Source of the DNA: an uncultured Acidobacteriaceae bacterium
GTDB taxonomy: Bacteria > Acidobacteriota > Terriglobia > Terriglobales > Acidobacteriaceae
Length of the DNA stretch: 64,000 nt
Assembly (NCBI GenBank): GCA_963842095.1
Contig: CAWJEY010000007.1
Span: forward strand, 137,602 to 201,601
Reading direction: 5' to 3'
Shown: positions 34,750 to 44,121 of the stretch, one piece after another
Position numbering within the stretch: position 1 is the stretch's first letter
How the letters are laid out: each line of letters starts with the position of its first letter
Notes under the pieces: model-generated
The model's input: only the letters and a program-made list of their open reading frames with translations
The model's database searches: none
What the model was told of the DNA's origin: nothing
Made by a program: the position numbers and the translations under genes

Positions 34750-35925
34750 ATGGGCTACGATTCAGGGGTTACGATTCAAGGATACGGTTCTCTAAGCATG
34801 GTGATGCAGAACGAAAAGCAGAATGAGGTGCAGCACCTTGTGGAGCAGGCCGTGGCGGAGGCTCTTCAGGCGCAGTTGCCGCAACTGCAATCGAAGATTG
34901 TGCAGCAGGTGCTGGGAGCATTGCCCGCGCCATCGAGTGAGCCTGCCGCTCTAGCACAGCCTGATTCCGCCGCTCTGGTGCAAGCCGTCGCCAGCATCCA
35001 TGCGGGTTCCACGCAAAAAGAAATCCTGCGTGCTCTGCTCGATGCCGGCAGCGGATACTGCGCCCGCATCGCACTCTTCGTAGTAAAAGCGGGAGCTGCG
35101 TCTGGATGGCAATCGCGCGGTTTCGGCGATGACGACCCGGTCAAAGATTTTGCCCTCGACTTAACTGCCGGTCCGGTGGCGCACTCGTATCAGAATAGAA
35201 TTGCAACCCCTGGCAACATCACAGAAATGGGTGGTCCATTCGCCGAGCAATTCGGCCGCCCCGCCAACGAGCAGGTGCTGGTGTTGCCGCTCGCTCTCAA
35301 AGACAAAGTCGCGGCCTTGGTTTACGCCGACGGCGGCGACACCGGCAAGCTCGATCCCGGCGCCCTGGAATTGCTGGTAATCGCAACCAGCGCGTGGCTG
35401 GAAGTAACTTCGCTGCGCAAGCAGGCGGCAGCAAAAGAAGACGGCGCCCCGATGGCCCGGATCGAGCCGGCGGCTGCGGCCGTGCAAACTGTTTCTTCGT
35501 TTTCCGATCCCTTCGCCGCCCACGCTCCCAAGCACGTCCCCGCCAGTATTCCCGAGCCCGAGCCTGCCGCTGAAGTTGTGGAAGTGGCAGCGGCCCATGC
35601 CAGCGCGGCAGCAGCCCCGGCCACGGCCACCGATCCCCTGGCCGGACTCTCGCCGGAAGATGCTGACGTCCATCGCAAGGCACAACGCTTCGCACGCCTG
35701 CTGGTGGATGAAATCAAACTCTACAATCAGGCGAAAGTTGCCGAGGGCCGGCGCCACAAAGATTTGTACGACCGTCTCAAGGAAGATATCGACAAGAGCC
35801 GCGGAACATTTCAGAAACGTTACGGCAATACGGCAGCTGCCAGCGGCGACTACTTTCACAACGAATTGCTGCGCAGCCTGGCGGAAGATGACATCTCCAT
35901 TATGGGTTCGAATTTTCGCCGCTAA
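34750..35925 (+). CDS. hypothetical protein (GAF-like middle region, conserved basic C-terminal domain)
   Basis: 391-aa ORF. Alternative starts at 34798 or 34804 (MVMQNEK...) are at least as likely. The C-terminus is RFARLLVDEIKLYNQAKVAEGRRHKDLYDRLKEDIDKSR. I cannot confidently name a family. Confidence 0.6.
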   Translation: MGYDSGVTIQGYGSLSMVMQNEKQNEVQHLVEQAVAEALQAQLPQLQSKIVQQVLGALPAPSSEPAALAQPDSAALVQAVASIHAGSTQKEILRALLDAGSGYCARIALFVVKAGAASGWQSRGFGDDDPVKDFALDLTAGPVAHSYQNRIATPGNITEMGGPFAEQFGRPANEQVLVLPLALKDKVAALVYADGGDTGKLDPGALELLVIATSAWLEVTSLRKQAAAKEDGAPMARIEPAAAAVQTVSSFSDPFAAHAPKHVPASIPEPEPAAEVVEVAAAHASAAAAPATATDPLAGLSPEDADVHRKAQRFARLLVDEIKLYNQAKVAEGRRHKDLYDRLKEDIDKSRGTFQKRYGNTAAASGDYFHNELLRSLAEDDISIMGSNFRR

Positions 35926-35952
35926 TTTTGCGGCAGGGTCTCTGGCAGTACA

Positions 35953-38391
35953 GTGTCTCCGCGAAAAAGAAAAGTAGTGCGATCAGGTTCAATGAAGTGG
36001 TGGGTGCTCGCAGCCGTAGCTCTCTGCGGCTTCTTTGGCGTTCTGCTTCCTGCAGCAGAGGCGTTGCCGCAATCTGCGTCTAGCTCCGCTCAGAACGCTC
36101 CCGCTCAAAGTCAGACCGACACCACTCCGCCCAAGCCCGAGACTCAAACCAAACCGGCCAGCGACAAGCCAGGCACTCCAAACAAGGCTCCAGCCAACAA
36201 GGCAACTGCTCCCAAGAAGCCTGCAACCAGCGCCGCCCAACACCACACCGCGAGCGCCCACAAGTCCCGCGTCGTCTCTCCCCGCGTTCGCCGCATGCGG
36301 CAGGCCTTTGTGGCTTCGGCCAGTTTGCGTCCCATGGCGCAACAGCTTCTGCAGGATCGCTCGCTGGCCGCCTACGCCGGAGTTGATGCATATGCGCGCG
36401 CACATTCCAAAGACGACGCCGGAGCCCTCGCCTGGCTGGTGATCGGCTACGCGCGCGTTCTGGATAAAGACTATGCCCGCGCCATCGATCCGCTGAACCG
36501 CGCCAAAGTAAATGCGGGAGACCTGGGCGACTACGTCGCATACTATCTGGGAACTTCATACGTGGAGACGAGCCGCACAGCCGAGGCTCTGGCAACCCTG
36601 ACCGACTTTGCCAAAGCGCATCCGGATTCGCTGCTGGTGCGGGATGCCCAGATCCGCTATGCCGAGGCGCTCCTGCTTGAAGGTCAGGCGGCGGAAGCGG
36701 CAAGTTTGCTCGAGCAAATCCGCGTCCCGGTGCGCCCCGACGTTGAACTGGCTTTGGGACGGGCATACGCAGCGTCAGGCCAGACCGCGAAGGCCGCCGA
36801 CACTTTTGACAACATCTATTACACGATGCCCGCCAGCGTTGAGGCCGATGCCGCATACGCCGAGTTGAAGAAATTACCGTCCGTGCCGCCGCCGACTGTT
36901 ACGCAGCGCAAAACTCGGGCCGACGCATTGATGAGCAAGCATCGCTATGCCGAAGCGGCGGATGAATATCGCAGCCTGGTCAACCAGGTCAGTCCCATTG
37001 ATCGAGACTTGCCACAGCTTGCCCTGGCGGATGCGCTTCATCGCGGCGGCAAGAACCGGGAGGCCAAACAGGTCCTGGCCTTGCTGGGTGGCGAGGGCGG
37101 CGAAATAAACGCGCATCGCTTGTATTTATTGGGTCAAGTTGCCTGGTCTGCCAACGACAACGACACTTTTTATCGCACCGTCGATGAGCTGCGGCGGGCA
37201 AACCCGGCAAGTCCATGGCTGGAGCAGGCGCTGCTCTCCGCAGCGAATTTGCATTTGGTCCATCATGAATATGACCAGGCCCTCGACGCATTCCGCGAGG
37301 CGCAGCAGCGCTTTCCCAATGGCGCGCGCGCTTCGTATGCGCATTGGAAGGCAGCCTGGCTCACCTTGCGGCAGGGACGCAACGAGGAGGCCAAGAAGGC
37401 CTTCGAGGAACAGATCGCGCTCTATCCTTCCGGTGCGGAAACTCCTTCAGCCCTGTATTGGCGCGCCCGCCTGGCTGAGGAGGACAACCAGCCCCTCATG
37501 GCTCGCGCGTTTTATCAGAAACTTTCGGACCGCTATCGCAACTTCTATTACGCAGAGCTGGGCCGGCAGCGAATGAAGCGTCTTCCAGCAGCCGCTGCCG
37601 ATGCGACGACCCAGTACGCCTTGCTCGACCATATTCCGCCCCTCGACCGCAGTGGCAAGGTGAAGGATTCCGAACCACCGTCCGATGAACTCCACGTCCA
37701 GAAAGCGCAGCTCCTTGGAAATGGCGGGCTCGTCGATTTCGCCGTGCGCGAACTGCAAGCCGCTGCCGCAGCCGATGGCGGCAGTTGGGGCCCGGCGGAA
37801 ACCGCTCAACTCTACGATGAGACCGGACACTACGATCAGGCCATCGAACTCATGAAGCATTCCGCGCCAAATTATTTCGCCCTCGACATTCCCGACCTGC
37901 CGCGCAAGTATTGGGAAGCGCTCTTCCCCAAAGCCTATTGGAGCGACCTGAAGCGCTCTTCCGCAGCCAATGGACTGGATCCTTACCTGGTTGCGTCGCT
38001 CATTCGGCAGGAGTCTGAGTTCAATCCCAACGCGGTTTCGCGGGCCAACGCGGTTGGCCTGATGCAGTTGTTGCCGAAGACCGGCAAAGCCGTGGCCCGG
38101 CAGGTAAAGCTGCAGCGCTACGCCGACAGCCAGTTGTACACGCCTGCGGTAAACCTGCAATTGGGCACGCGCTATTTCCGCGGCATGGTCGACAAGTTCG
38201 GGGGATCGTTTGAATACGCCCTCGCCGCCTACAACGCCGGATCGGACCGTGTCGAAGACTGGCTAAGCCAGGGCAAGTATCGCGACCAGCAGGAGTTCGT
38301 GGAATCGATTCCCTTCACCGAGACCCGCGAGTACGTGCAAGCGATCTTGCGAAATGCCAGCGTGTATAAGCAGCTGTATGGAACACCGTAG
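35953..38391 (+). CDS. soluble lytic murein transglycosylase (Slt70-like: superhelical TPR-like N-domain + SLT domain)
   Basis: SLT catalytic motif LIRQESEFNPNAVSRANAVGLMQLLPKTG ... AAYNAG. The start is either GTG at 35953 or ATG at 35992 (MKWWVLAAVALCGFF signal). Confidence 0.88.
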   Translation: MSPRKRKVVRSGSMKWWVLAAVALCGFFGVLLPAAEALPQSASSSAQNAPAQSQTDTTPPKPETQTKPASDKPGTPNKAPANKATAPKKPATSAAQHHTASAHKSRVVSPRVRRMRQAFVASASLRPMAQQLLQDRSLAAYAGVDAYARAHSKDDAGALAWLVIGYARVLDKDYARAIDPLNRAKVNAGDLGDYVAYYLGTSYVETSRTAEALATLTDFAKAHPDSLLVRDAQIRYAEALLLEGQAAEAASLLEQIRVPVRPDVELALGRAYAASGQTAKAADTFDNIYYTMPASVEADAAYAELKKLPSVPPPTVTQRKTRADALMSKHRYAEAADEYRSLVNQVSPIDRDLPQLALADALHRGGKNREAKQVLALLGGEGGEINAHRLYLLGQVAWSANDNDTFYRTVDELRRANPASPWLEQALLSAANLHLVHHEYDQALDAFREAQQRFPNGARASYAHWKAAWLTLRQGRNEEAKKAFEEQIALYPSGAETPSALYWRARLAEEDNQPLMARAFYQKLSDRYRNFYYAELGRQRMKRLPAAAADATTQYALLDHIPPLDRSGKVKDSEPPSDELHVQKAQLLGNGGLVDFAVRELQAAAAADGGSWGPAETAQLYDETGHYDQAIELMKHSAPNYFALDIPDLPRKYWEALFPKAYWSDLKRSSAANGLDPYLVASLIRQESEFNPNAVSRANAVGLMQLLPKTGKAVARQVKLQRYADSQLYTPAVNLQLGTRYFRGMVDKFGGSFEYALAAYNAGSDRVEDWLSQGKYRDQQEFVESIPFTETREYVQAILRNASVYKQLYGTP

Positions 38392-38808
38392 ATTCAACGC
38401 GGCGAGAGACAGCTTTCGCCTCTTCAAGCAGGCCGTTCAGGTTGTAGGTTAAATCGTCATCCGGATAGTAGGCGACGGCATCGCAGAGCTTCACCAGACC
38501 CGCGCTCGCCGCCAGGACGCAAGCGCACTCATTCATGTCACCGCCCCACCGGAACGAGATGCACCAATCGCGGTCGCCGACGGTCTTGGCCAGATCGGGC
38601 TGGTTTTCTAAAAGGCTCTTTGCGGAGTCGGAATAAATCTCGAAACCTGAATCTAGACCCTTTATTTTCGTGGGGGAGAATCCACTGTCGTGAACTCCAG
38701 GACCGGGTTGAGTTCGAACGGCAGGCCCAAAGACTCGACCGCAGCCTGCCACGAAGACCTGTCGGGAATCCTGCCTTTACTCAGGAATACGTGCATTTCA
38801 AGCGACAT
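38315..38808 (-). pseudogene. hypothetical protein gene split by a 1-nt frameshift at a C5 run (38672-38676)
   Basis: The ATG at 38808 lies 10 nt after the lspA stop and opens a 48-codon ORF (MSLEMHVFLSKGRIPDRSSWQAAVESLGLPFELNPVLEFTTVDSPPRK*). The -1 frame continues as ...SPTKIKGLDSGFEIYSDSAK... (track ORF 38315-38752). Adding one C joins them into about 164 aa. Confidence 0.55.
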
Positions 38809-38818
38809 AATCTGCCCT

Positions 38819-39328
38819 TCAGTTAGGCTGAGGCTCTTCCCGCTTGCCCGATTTGTGAAACAGAATCTCCAGCACCAACAACCCCGCCCCCACCACGATC
38901 GCGCTATCCGCCAGATTAAAGACCGGCCACTGATACCGCTTGAAGTAGAACAGCAGAAAGTCGACTACGCGCCCGCGGGCCAGGCGATCCCAGAGATTCC
39001 CCAAAGCGCCTCCCATAATCAGCGACAGGCCAATGCCGGTGGCCACGTGAGCATGGTGGTTTTTCCAAAGCAAGACCGAGACCACCACCAGCGCGATCCC
39101 GGAAAACGCGATCAGCAAGCCCGTTTTCCAGGGCGCAGTCGAGTCGGCGAACAGGCTGAAAGCCGCGCCAGTGTTCTCAGTATGAGTGAGTTGGAAGAAA
39201 CCGGGGATAATCTGAATATGAGAATAAAGGCGGATGCGCTGCGCCACGATGTGCTTCGTCCAGCGATCAAGCAGGACAACGACGAGAGCGATCAGCAGAT
39301 AAACGGCGCGCGCGGAGTTCTTGGTCAT
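38819..39328 (-). CDS. lspA: lipoprotein signal peptidase (signal peptidase II)
   Basis: 169 aa with 4 TM helices and motifs TENTGAAFS and FNLADSAI. Confidence 0.9.
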   Translation of the reverse strand: MTKNSARAVYLLIALVVVLLDRWTKHIVAQRIRLYSHIQIIPGFFQLTHTENTGAAFSLFADSTAPWKTGLLIAFSGIALVVVSVLLWKNHHAHVATGIGLSLIMGGALGNLWDRLARGRVVDFLLFYFKRYQWPVFNLADSAIVVGAGLLVLEILFHKSGKREEPQPN

Positions 39329-39442
39329 TCGTAGATTTGTTCCAGCAACATCTTAACCGAAAGCGACTCTCGGAATACCGCACCGGCCTCATTGACACGA
39401 CTCAAGCCAACCCCTACGATTCATCGTCCGGAAAATCCGCAC

Positions 39443-41287
39443 ATGACTCTCACAAAGCAATTTACATCGCGCCTGCTCCGGGTCGTTGTCGCGTTCATCG
39501 CTGTAGCGCTCCTGACCGCCGCGGCGACCGCACCTATCACCCATGCCGATCCCGCACGCGTCCTCAACGACATCAAGGCGCTCTCCGCACCCGAGATGGA
39601 AGGACGCGGCGCCGGCACAAAAGGGCTCGCACTCGCCGCGGATCTGATTGTGAAACGCTACAAAGAACTCAAAGTCCAACCCGCCGGAAGCCACGGTTAT
39701 TTGCAAGCCTTCACGCTGATCACCGGAGCGCGGCTGAAGTCGGACAACCGGCTCCTGGTTACAAACGGCGAGACCAAGAAGGAACTGAAGACGAACCAGG
39801 ATTTTGTCCCCTTCAGCTTTTCCTCATCGGCGCGGGCCGCGGGGCCAGTGGTCTTCGCCGGCTATGGAATCACTGCCGACGAATATCAATACGACGATTA
39901 CGCCAACCTCGACGTAAAAGACAAGATCGTTGTCGTCCTCCGATACGAGCCCACCTCCTTCGCCACGAAGAGCGGGAACCAGGGGCTGACTCATCACTCG
40001 CAGATGATCACGAAGGCGATCAACGCCCGCAATCACGGCGCTCTCGCGGTCGTGATGGTCAACGGGAAACTGGGTGATGGCGAGGAAGATCTGCTCACCC
40101 GCATCGGCAGTGTCAGCGGGCCGGAGAACGTCGGCATCGTTTTCGTGCAGGTTAAGAACGACGTGGCAGAAAACTGGTTGCAAGCCGCGGGAAAATCGTT
40201 GAAAGATGTGCAGGAGCAGATCAACGCCGCCACCAAGCCCGCGTCGTTCGCGCTCCCCGACAGTCTGCATCTCTCATTGAACGTGGATATCGAAACCACG
40301 CGGGCCACGGCGAACAACATTCTGGCCTACCTGCCGGGGCAGACGGACGAATACGTCATCGTAGGCGCGCACTACGATCACCTGGGCCGCGGCAACGTCG
40401 ACTCCCTCGCTCCCTCGCAGATTGGACAGATTCATCCCGGCGCCGATGACAACGCGTCCGGGACCGCGGGCGTGTTGGAACTGGCCCGGCTCCTGGCTCC
40501 CGAGCATGGGCAATTGAAGCGCGGAATTCTATTCATGAACTTCGCGGGCGAAGAACTCGGCCTGATGGGGTCGGCTGCGTGGGTCAAGAATCCAACGCGT
40601 CCTCTGGAGAAAGCGGTCGCCATGATCAATATGGACATGATCGGTCGCATCAAGGACGACAAAGTCTACATCGGCGGCGTGGGAACGGGATCAACCTTCA
40701 AGCCGATCCTGGAACAAGCTCAGAAAGAACAATCGCAGGAAGGTTCCGCGTTCAAGATCGAATATTGCGCCGGTGGCTACTCCTCCAGCGATCACACCTC
40801 GTTTGTGTCGAAGAAGATTCCGGTGCTGTTCTTTTTCTCCGGTCTGCACTCGGACTATCACAAGCCCTCCGATACCTGGGAAAAGATCAACGCCCCCTCC
40901 GCGGCCAGGCTGCTGGATATGATCCGAAACGTAACCGTGCAACTGGCCAGTGCCGCCGGCGCACCGGCCTTCCAGACGGTTGTCGAAGAGAAACCGCCGA
41001 GCGGCGAACGCGGCGCCGGATATGGGCCCTACTTTGGATCGATCCCCGACTTCGGAGAGACCGCCAACGGCATGAAGTTTGCCGATGTAAAGCCCGGCTC
41101 CCCCGCGGCAAAGGCGGGTCTGAAGGCGGGGGACGTGCTGATCCAATTCGGCGACAAGCCCATCAAGAACCTCTACGATTTCACCGACGCCCTGCGCCGC
41201 AGCAAGATCGGAGATGTCGTGGAAGTGAAGGTCTTGCGAGACGGGCAGCCGGTGACCGCATCGGTCAAGCTGGAGCAGCGCAAGTAG
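39443..41287 (+). CDS. M28-family aminopeptidase with a PA domain and C-terminal PDZ domain
   Basis: Signal peptide from the ATG at 39443. Zn-ligand motifs are GAHYDHLG, GADDNASG and NFAGEELGLMGS. The PDZ-like tail is GSPAAKAGLKAGDVLIQFGDKPI. Confidence 0.88.
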   Translation: MTLTKQFTSRLLRVVVAFIAVALLTAAATAPITHADPARVLNDIKALSAPEMEGRGAGTKGLALAADLIVKRYKELKVQPAGSHGYLQAFTLITGARLKSDNRLLVTNGETKKELKTNQDFVPFSFSSSARAAGPVVFAGYGITADEYQYDDYANLDVKDKIVVVLRYEPTSFATKSGNQGLTHHSQMITKAINARNHGALAVVMVNGKLGDGEEDLLTRIGSVSGPENVGIVFVQVKNDVAENWLQAAGKSLKDVQEQINAATKPASFALPDSLHLSLNVDIETTRATANNILAYLPGQTDEYVIVGAHYDHLGRGNVDSLAPSQIGQIHPGADDNASGTAGVLELARLLAPEHGQLKRGILFMNFAGEELGLMGSAAWVKNPTRPLEKAVAMINMDMIGRIKDDKVYIGGVGTGSTFKPILEQAQKEQSQEGSAFKIEYCAGGYSSSDHTSFVSKKIPVLFFFSGLHSDYHKPSDTWEKINAPSAARLLDMIRNVTVQLASAAGAPAFQTVVEEKPPSGERGAGYGPYFGSIPDFGETANGMKFADVKPGSPAAKAGLKAGDVLIQFGDKPIKNLYDFTDALRRSKIGDVVEVKVLRDGQPVTASVKLEQRK

Positions 41288-41433
41288 CCGCTTTTTTCTG
41301 CGCAATCTGTCATTTTCATCTATCCCCCGCACGGGCAGTCCATGTATTCTGATGCGGCCTTGAGCCGGACTGCGAGCGCCAACCGCAGAGTGGAGCCGGT
41401 TCCGGGTTGCTTTAATCCCTATGTCGGCGACAT

Positions 41434-42693
41434 GTGCGCATGAGACTTCTGAAGAGATGGAAAGGCAGGACCCTGCTGTTCCTCGCGGTTGTGGAACCGG
41501 GGATCATCACCGCCAACGTCGACAACGATGCTGGCGGCATTCTGACCTATTCGCAGGCTGGCGCGCAGTACGGGTATCTCCTGCTATGGACCATGATCCC
41601 GATCACGCTAGCGCTGATCGTGGTGCAGGAGATGAGCGCCCGCATGGGCGCGGTGACCGGCAAAGGACTGAGCGACCTGATCCGCGAAGAGTTCGGATTG
41701 CGCATCACTTTCTTGATGATGCTGGGCATTCTGATCACCAACTTCGGCAACGTGGTTACAGAATTTATTGGTATCGCCACCAGCCTGGAATTGTTCGGGC
41801 TGCCACGCTACGTGACCGTCCCGGTTTGCGGCGTCATCGTTTGGCTGATCGTGGTGAAGGGCCAATACAAGAGTGTGGAGAAGGTGTTCCTGGCAGCATC
41901 GTTCTTCTATATCACCTACATCTTTGCCGGAGCGCTCGCCCATCCACCGTGGAAGGAAGCGGCGATCGCAACGATTAAGCCGCCCGCGCTGCACGCCTTT
42001 CGTGAACAGGCCTATCTATTCATGGTGATCGGCGTCGTGGGGACGACGATCGCGCCCTGGATGCAGTTCTATCTTCAGTCCTCGATTGTGGAGAAAGGTG
42101 TAACTGCGCGTGGACTCAAAGCTTCGCGTTGGGACGTGATCACCGGCTGCATTTTCACCGACGTAGTGGCCTGGTTCATAATCGTAGCCTGCGCCGCGAC
42201 CCTGTTCGTACACGGCTACCGTGACATCAAATACGCGGCAGATGCGGCTCAGGCCTTGAAGCCGCTGGCCGGGCAATACGCTTACATTCTGTTTGCTGTA
42301 GGACTGTTCAACGCCTCACTGTTTGCCGCGTCGATTCTGCCGCTTTCCACCGCCTATACGGTGTGCGAAGGATTGGGTTTTGAATCCGGCGTAGATAAGA
42401 AGTTCAGCGAGGCCCCGTTTTTTTACTGGCTGTACACGCTGCTCATCGTGGCCGGCGGGGCTGTACTTCTTATCCCCGGCCTGCCGCTGGTGAAGATCGC
42501 AGTCCTGTCGCAGGTGGTCAACGGCATCGTGCTGCCCTTCGTGCTGATTTTCATGTTGTTGCTGATCAACAAGAAAGAATTGATGGGAAAGTACGTGAAC
42601 ACACGCTTGTTCAATGCCGTGGCTTGGCTGACGACGGTGGTAATGATCGGTCTGACCATCGCCTGGTTCTGGACGTTGAAAGGCGGCGGCTAG
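41434..42693 (+). CDS. mntH: NRAMP-family divalent metal (Mn2+/Fe2+) transporter
   Basis: VEPGIITANVDNDAGG (DPGN-like motif region). 419 aa with about 11 TM helices. Confidence 0.9.
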   Translation: MRMRLLKRWKGRTLLFLAVVEPGIITANVDNDAGGILTYSQAGAQYGYLLLWTMIPITLALIVVQEMSARMGAVTGKGLSDLIREEFGLRITFLMMLGILITNFGNVVTEFIGIATSLELFGLPRYVTVPVCGVIVWLIVVKGQYKSVEKVFLAASFFYITYIFAGALAHPPWKEAAIATIKPPALHAFREQAYLFMVIGVVGTTIAPWMQFYLQSSIVEKGVTARGLKASRWDVITGCIFTDVVAWFIIVACAATLFVHGYRDIKYAADAAQALKPLAGQYAYILFAVGLFNASLFAASILPLSTAYTVCEGLGFESGVDKKFSEAPFFYWLYTLLIVAGGAVLLIPGLPLVKIAVLSQVVNGIVLPFVLIFMLLLINKKELMGKYVNTRLFNAVAWLTTVVMIGLTIAWFWTLKGGG

Positions 42694-42706
42694 GGCGAAC
42701 CGGGGC

Positions 42707-43099
42707 TCAAAGCAGCCTTCCCGCCGACAAGTCTTTCACGAGAGACGCGTCCGCTTCGAGAAAATCATACGACCCCAAGTCTTTCGGTGCCGACCACTGC
42801 AGATCGCGGAAGATGCGGTTCTCAATTTCACCGCGGTATTGGCGGACGATGAAGAACCGCAGTTCAACCATGGCGCCACTCGGATACCTGTGCTGCAGGC
42901 GGGCGATCTCGTCGCCAATCGTGGCATCGATTCCTAATTCTTCTTCCAGTTCCCGGCGCAGGGCGTCGCGCGGCTGTTCCCCTTCTTCAATCTTGCCTCC
43001 GGGGAACTCCCATTTGAGCGGCATGGTCTGATGCCGGGTGCGCTGGCAGACCAGCAGCTTGCCATTCTGTTCGATCACCGCAGCGACGACCCGTTTCAT
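42707..43099 (-). CDS. NUDIX hydrolase (MutT-like)
   Basis: Nudix box GGKIEEGEQPRDALRRELEEELGI. ATGA overlap with the upstream redoxin gene. Confidence 0.85.
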   Translation of the reverse strand: MKRVVAAVIEQNGKLLVCQRTRHQTMPLKWEFPGGKIEEGEQPRDALRRELEEELGIDATIGDEIARLQHRYPSGAMVELRFFIVRQYRGEIENRIFRDLQWSAPKDLGSYDFLEADASLVKDLSAGRLL

Positions 43100-44121
43100 A
43101 AATTGACAGCGCTGGTGGCATGCAGGGCGCTGGCGACCGGATCCACACAGCCCGTAAAAGTGAAGGCGAAAGCCGCGATTCCCGGAGAACAGAGAAGTTC
43201 AAGTTCGTGCTCGCCGAATTCGTGGTTGTCCACCAGAGCATACATGCGGGCCGAATCCACCACGACATAGCTTTCACCGTCGCGGAAGCGCATATCTCTC
43301 GTGGCCTGACTGCGGGCGACAGGCTTGCCATCCTGCACCAGTTGAACTTCCGCCGAGAGCCCGCGCGGCGAAGCCATTACCAAATTCACGGCCGAGGCTT
43401 CGTATCTTAATTTCAAAGAGTGCGGCCCCTCTCCGGCGGCTTCGAAGTATTCGGCAGTCGAGGCCCACCGGCCGTTGGCATAGAAGAAATTCTCGTCCGT
43501 CTTGCCGGCAAACTCATAATCGGCAACCTGATCTTCTTTGAAGCCACCTTCGTTGCCGATACGCCCACGCCCATGCCCAAGGTAAAGTTCGCCCGAAGGC
43601 CGGTAGCAGACCGCTCCCGGGTGATCCTCTTCGCGCAACGGCTCCATAATTTCGGGAAGCGTCAGGCCCGGATCGATTTCATGAATCAGTTCCTGAACGG
43701 CCTGCTCGCACTCGGCGTAGGCGCCTTCCCCGAAGTGCCCATAACGCAGATAACCGTCTTTATCGAGTATGTACTTTGTGGGCCAGTAGCGGTTGGCGAA
43801 TGCCTTCCAGATTTCGCGATTGCTGTCCACCACGATGGGATAAGTCAGGCCAAACTCGGGAATGCCCCGCTCCACATTGGACTCGTACCGCGCAAATGTG
43901 AACTCCGGCGTGTGCACCCCAATCACAGTCAGACCCTTGTCCCGGTAGCGCTCGTGCCAGGCCTGCACATAAGGCAGGGTGCGAATGCAGTTGACGCAGG
44001 TATAGTCCCAGAAGTCGACAAGGACGACTCGTCCTCGCAACTGGCGGAAGCTGAGGGGCGTGGAATTCAGCCACACTCGCCCGATCTCGGGCGCCCTCAC
44101 CTTGCCCTTTTCTACCCTCAC
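43096..44121 (-). CDS. thioredoxin-fold redoxin (CxxC = CVNC) with a DipZ-like C-terminal domain
   Basis: VVLVDFWDYTCVNCIRTLPYV ... RYWPTKYILDKDG. The GTG at 44121 overlaps the stop of the GAF gene (GTGA). GTG at 44100 is an alternative start. Confidence 0.72.
   Translation of the reverse strand: MRVEKGKVRAPEIGRVWLNSTPLSFRQLRGRVVLVDFWDYTCVNCIRTLPYVQAWHERYRDKGLTVIGVHTPEFTFARYESNVERGIPEFGLTYPIVVDSNREIWKAFANRYWPTKYILDKDGYLRYGHFGEGAYAECEQAVQELIHEIDPGLTLPEIMEPLREEDHPGAVCYRPSGELYLGHGRGRIGNEGGFKEDQVADYEFAGKTDENFFYANGRWASTAEYFEAAGEGPHSLKLRYEASAVNLVMASPRGLSAEVQLVQDGKPVARSQATRDMRFRDGESYVVVDSARMYALVDNHEFGEHELELLCSPGIAAFAFTFTGCVDPVASALHATSAVNL

Noticed and set aside
41288-41433. A manganese (yybP-ykoY) riboswitch or an MntR box upstream of mntH.
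   Set aside because: I saw no four-way-junction-type conserved GGGGAGUAG-like core and no clear palindromic operator.
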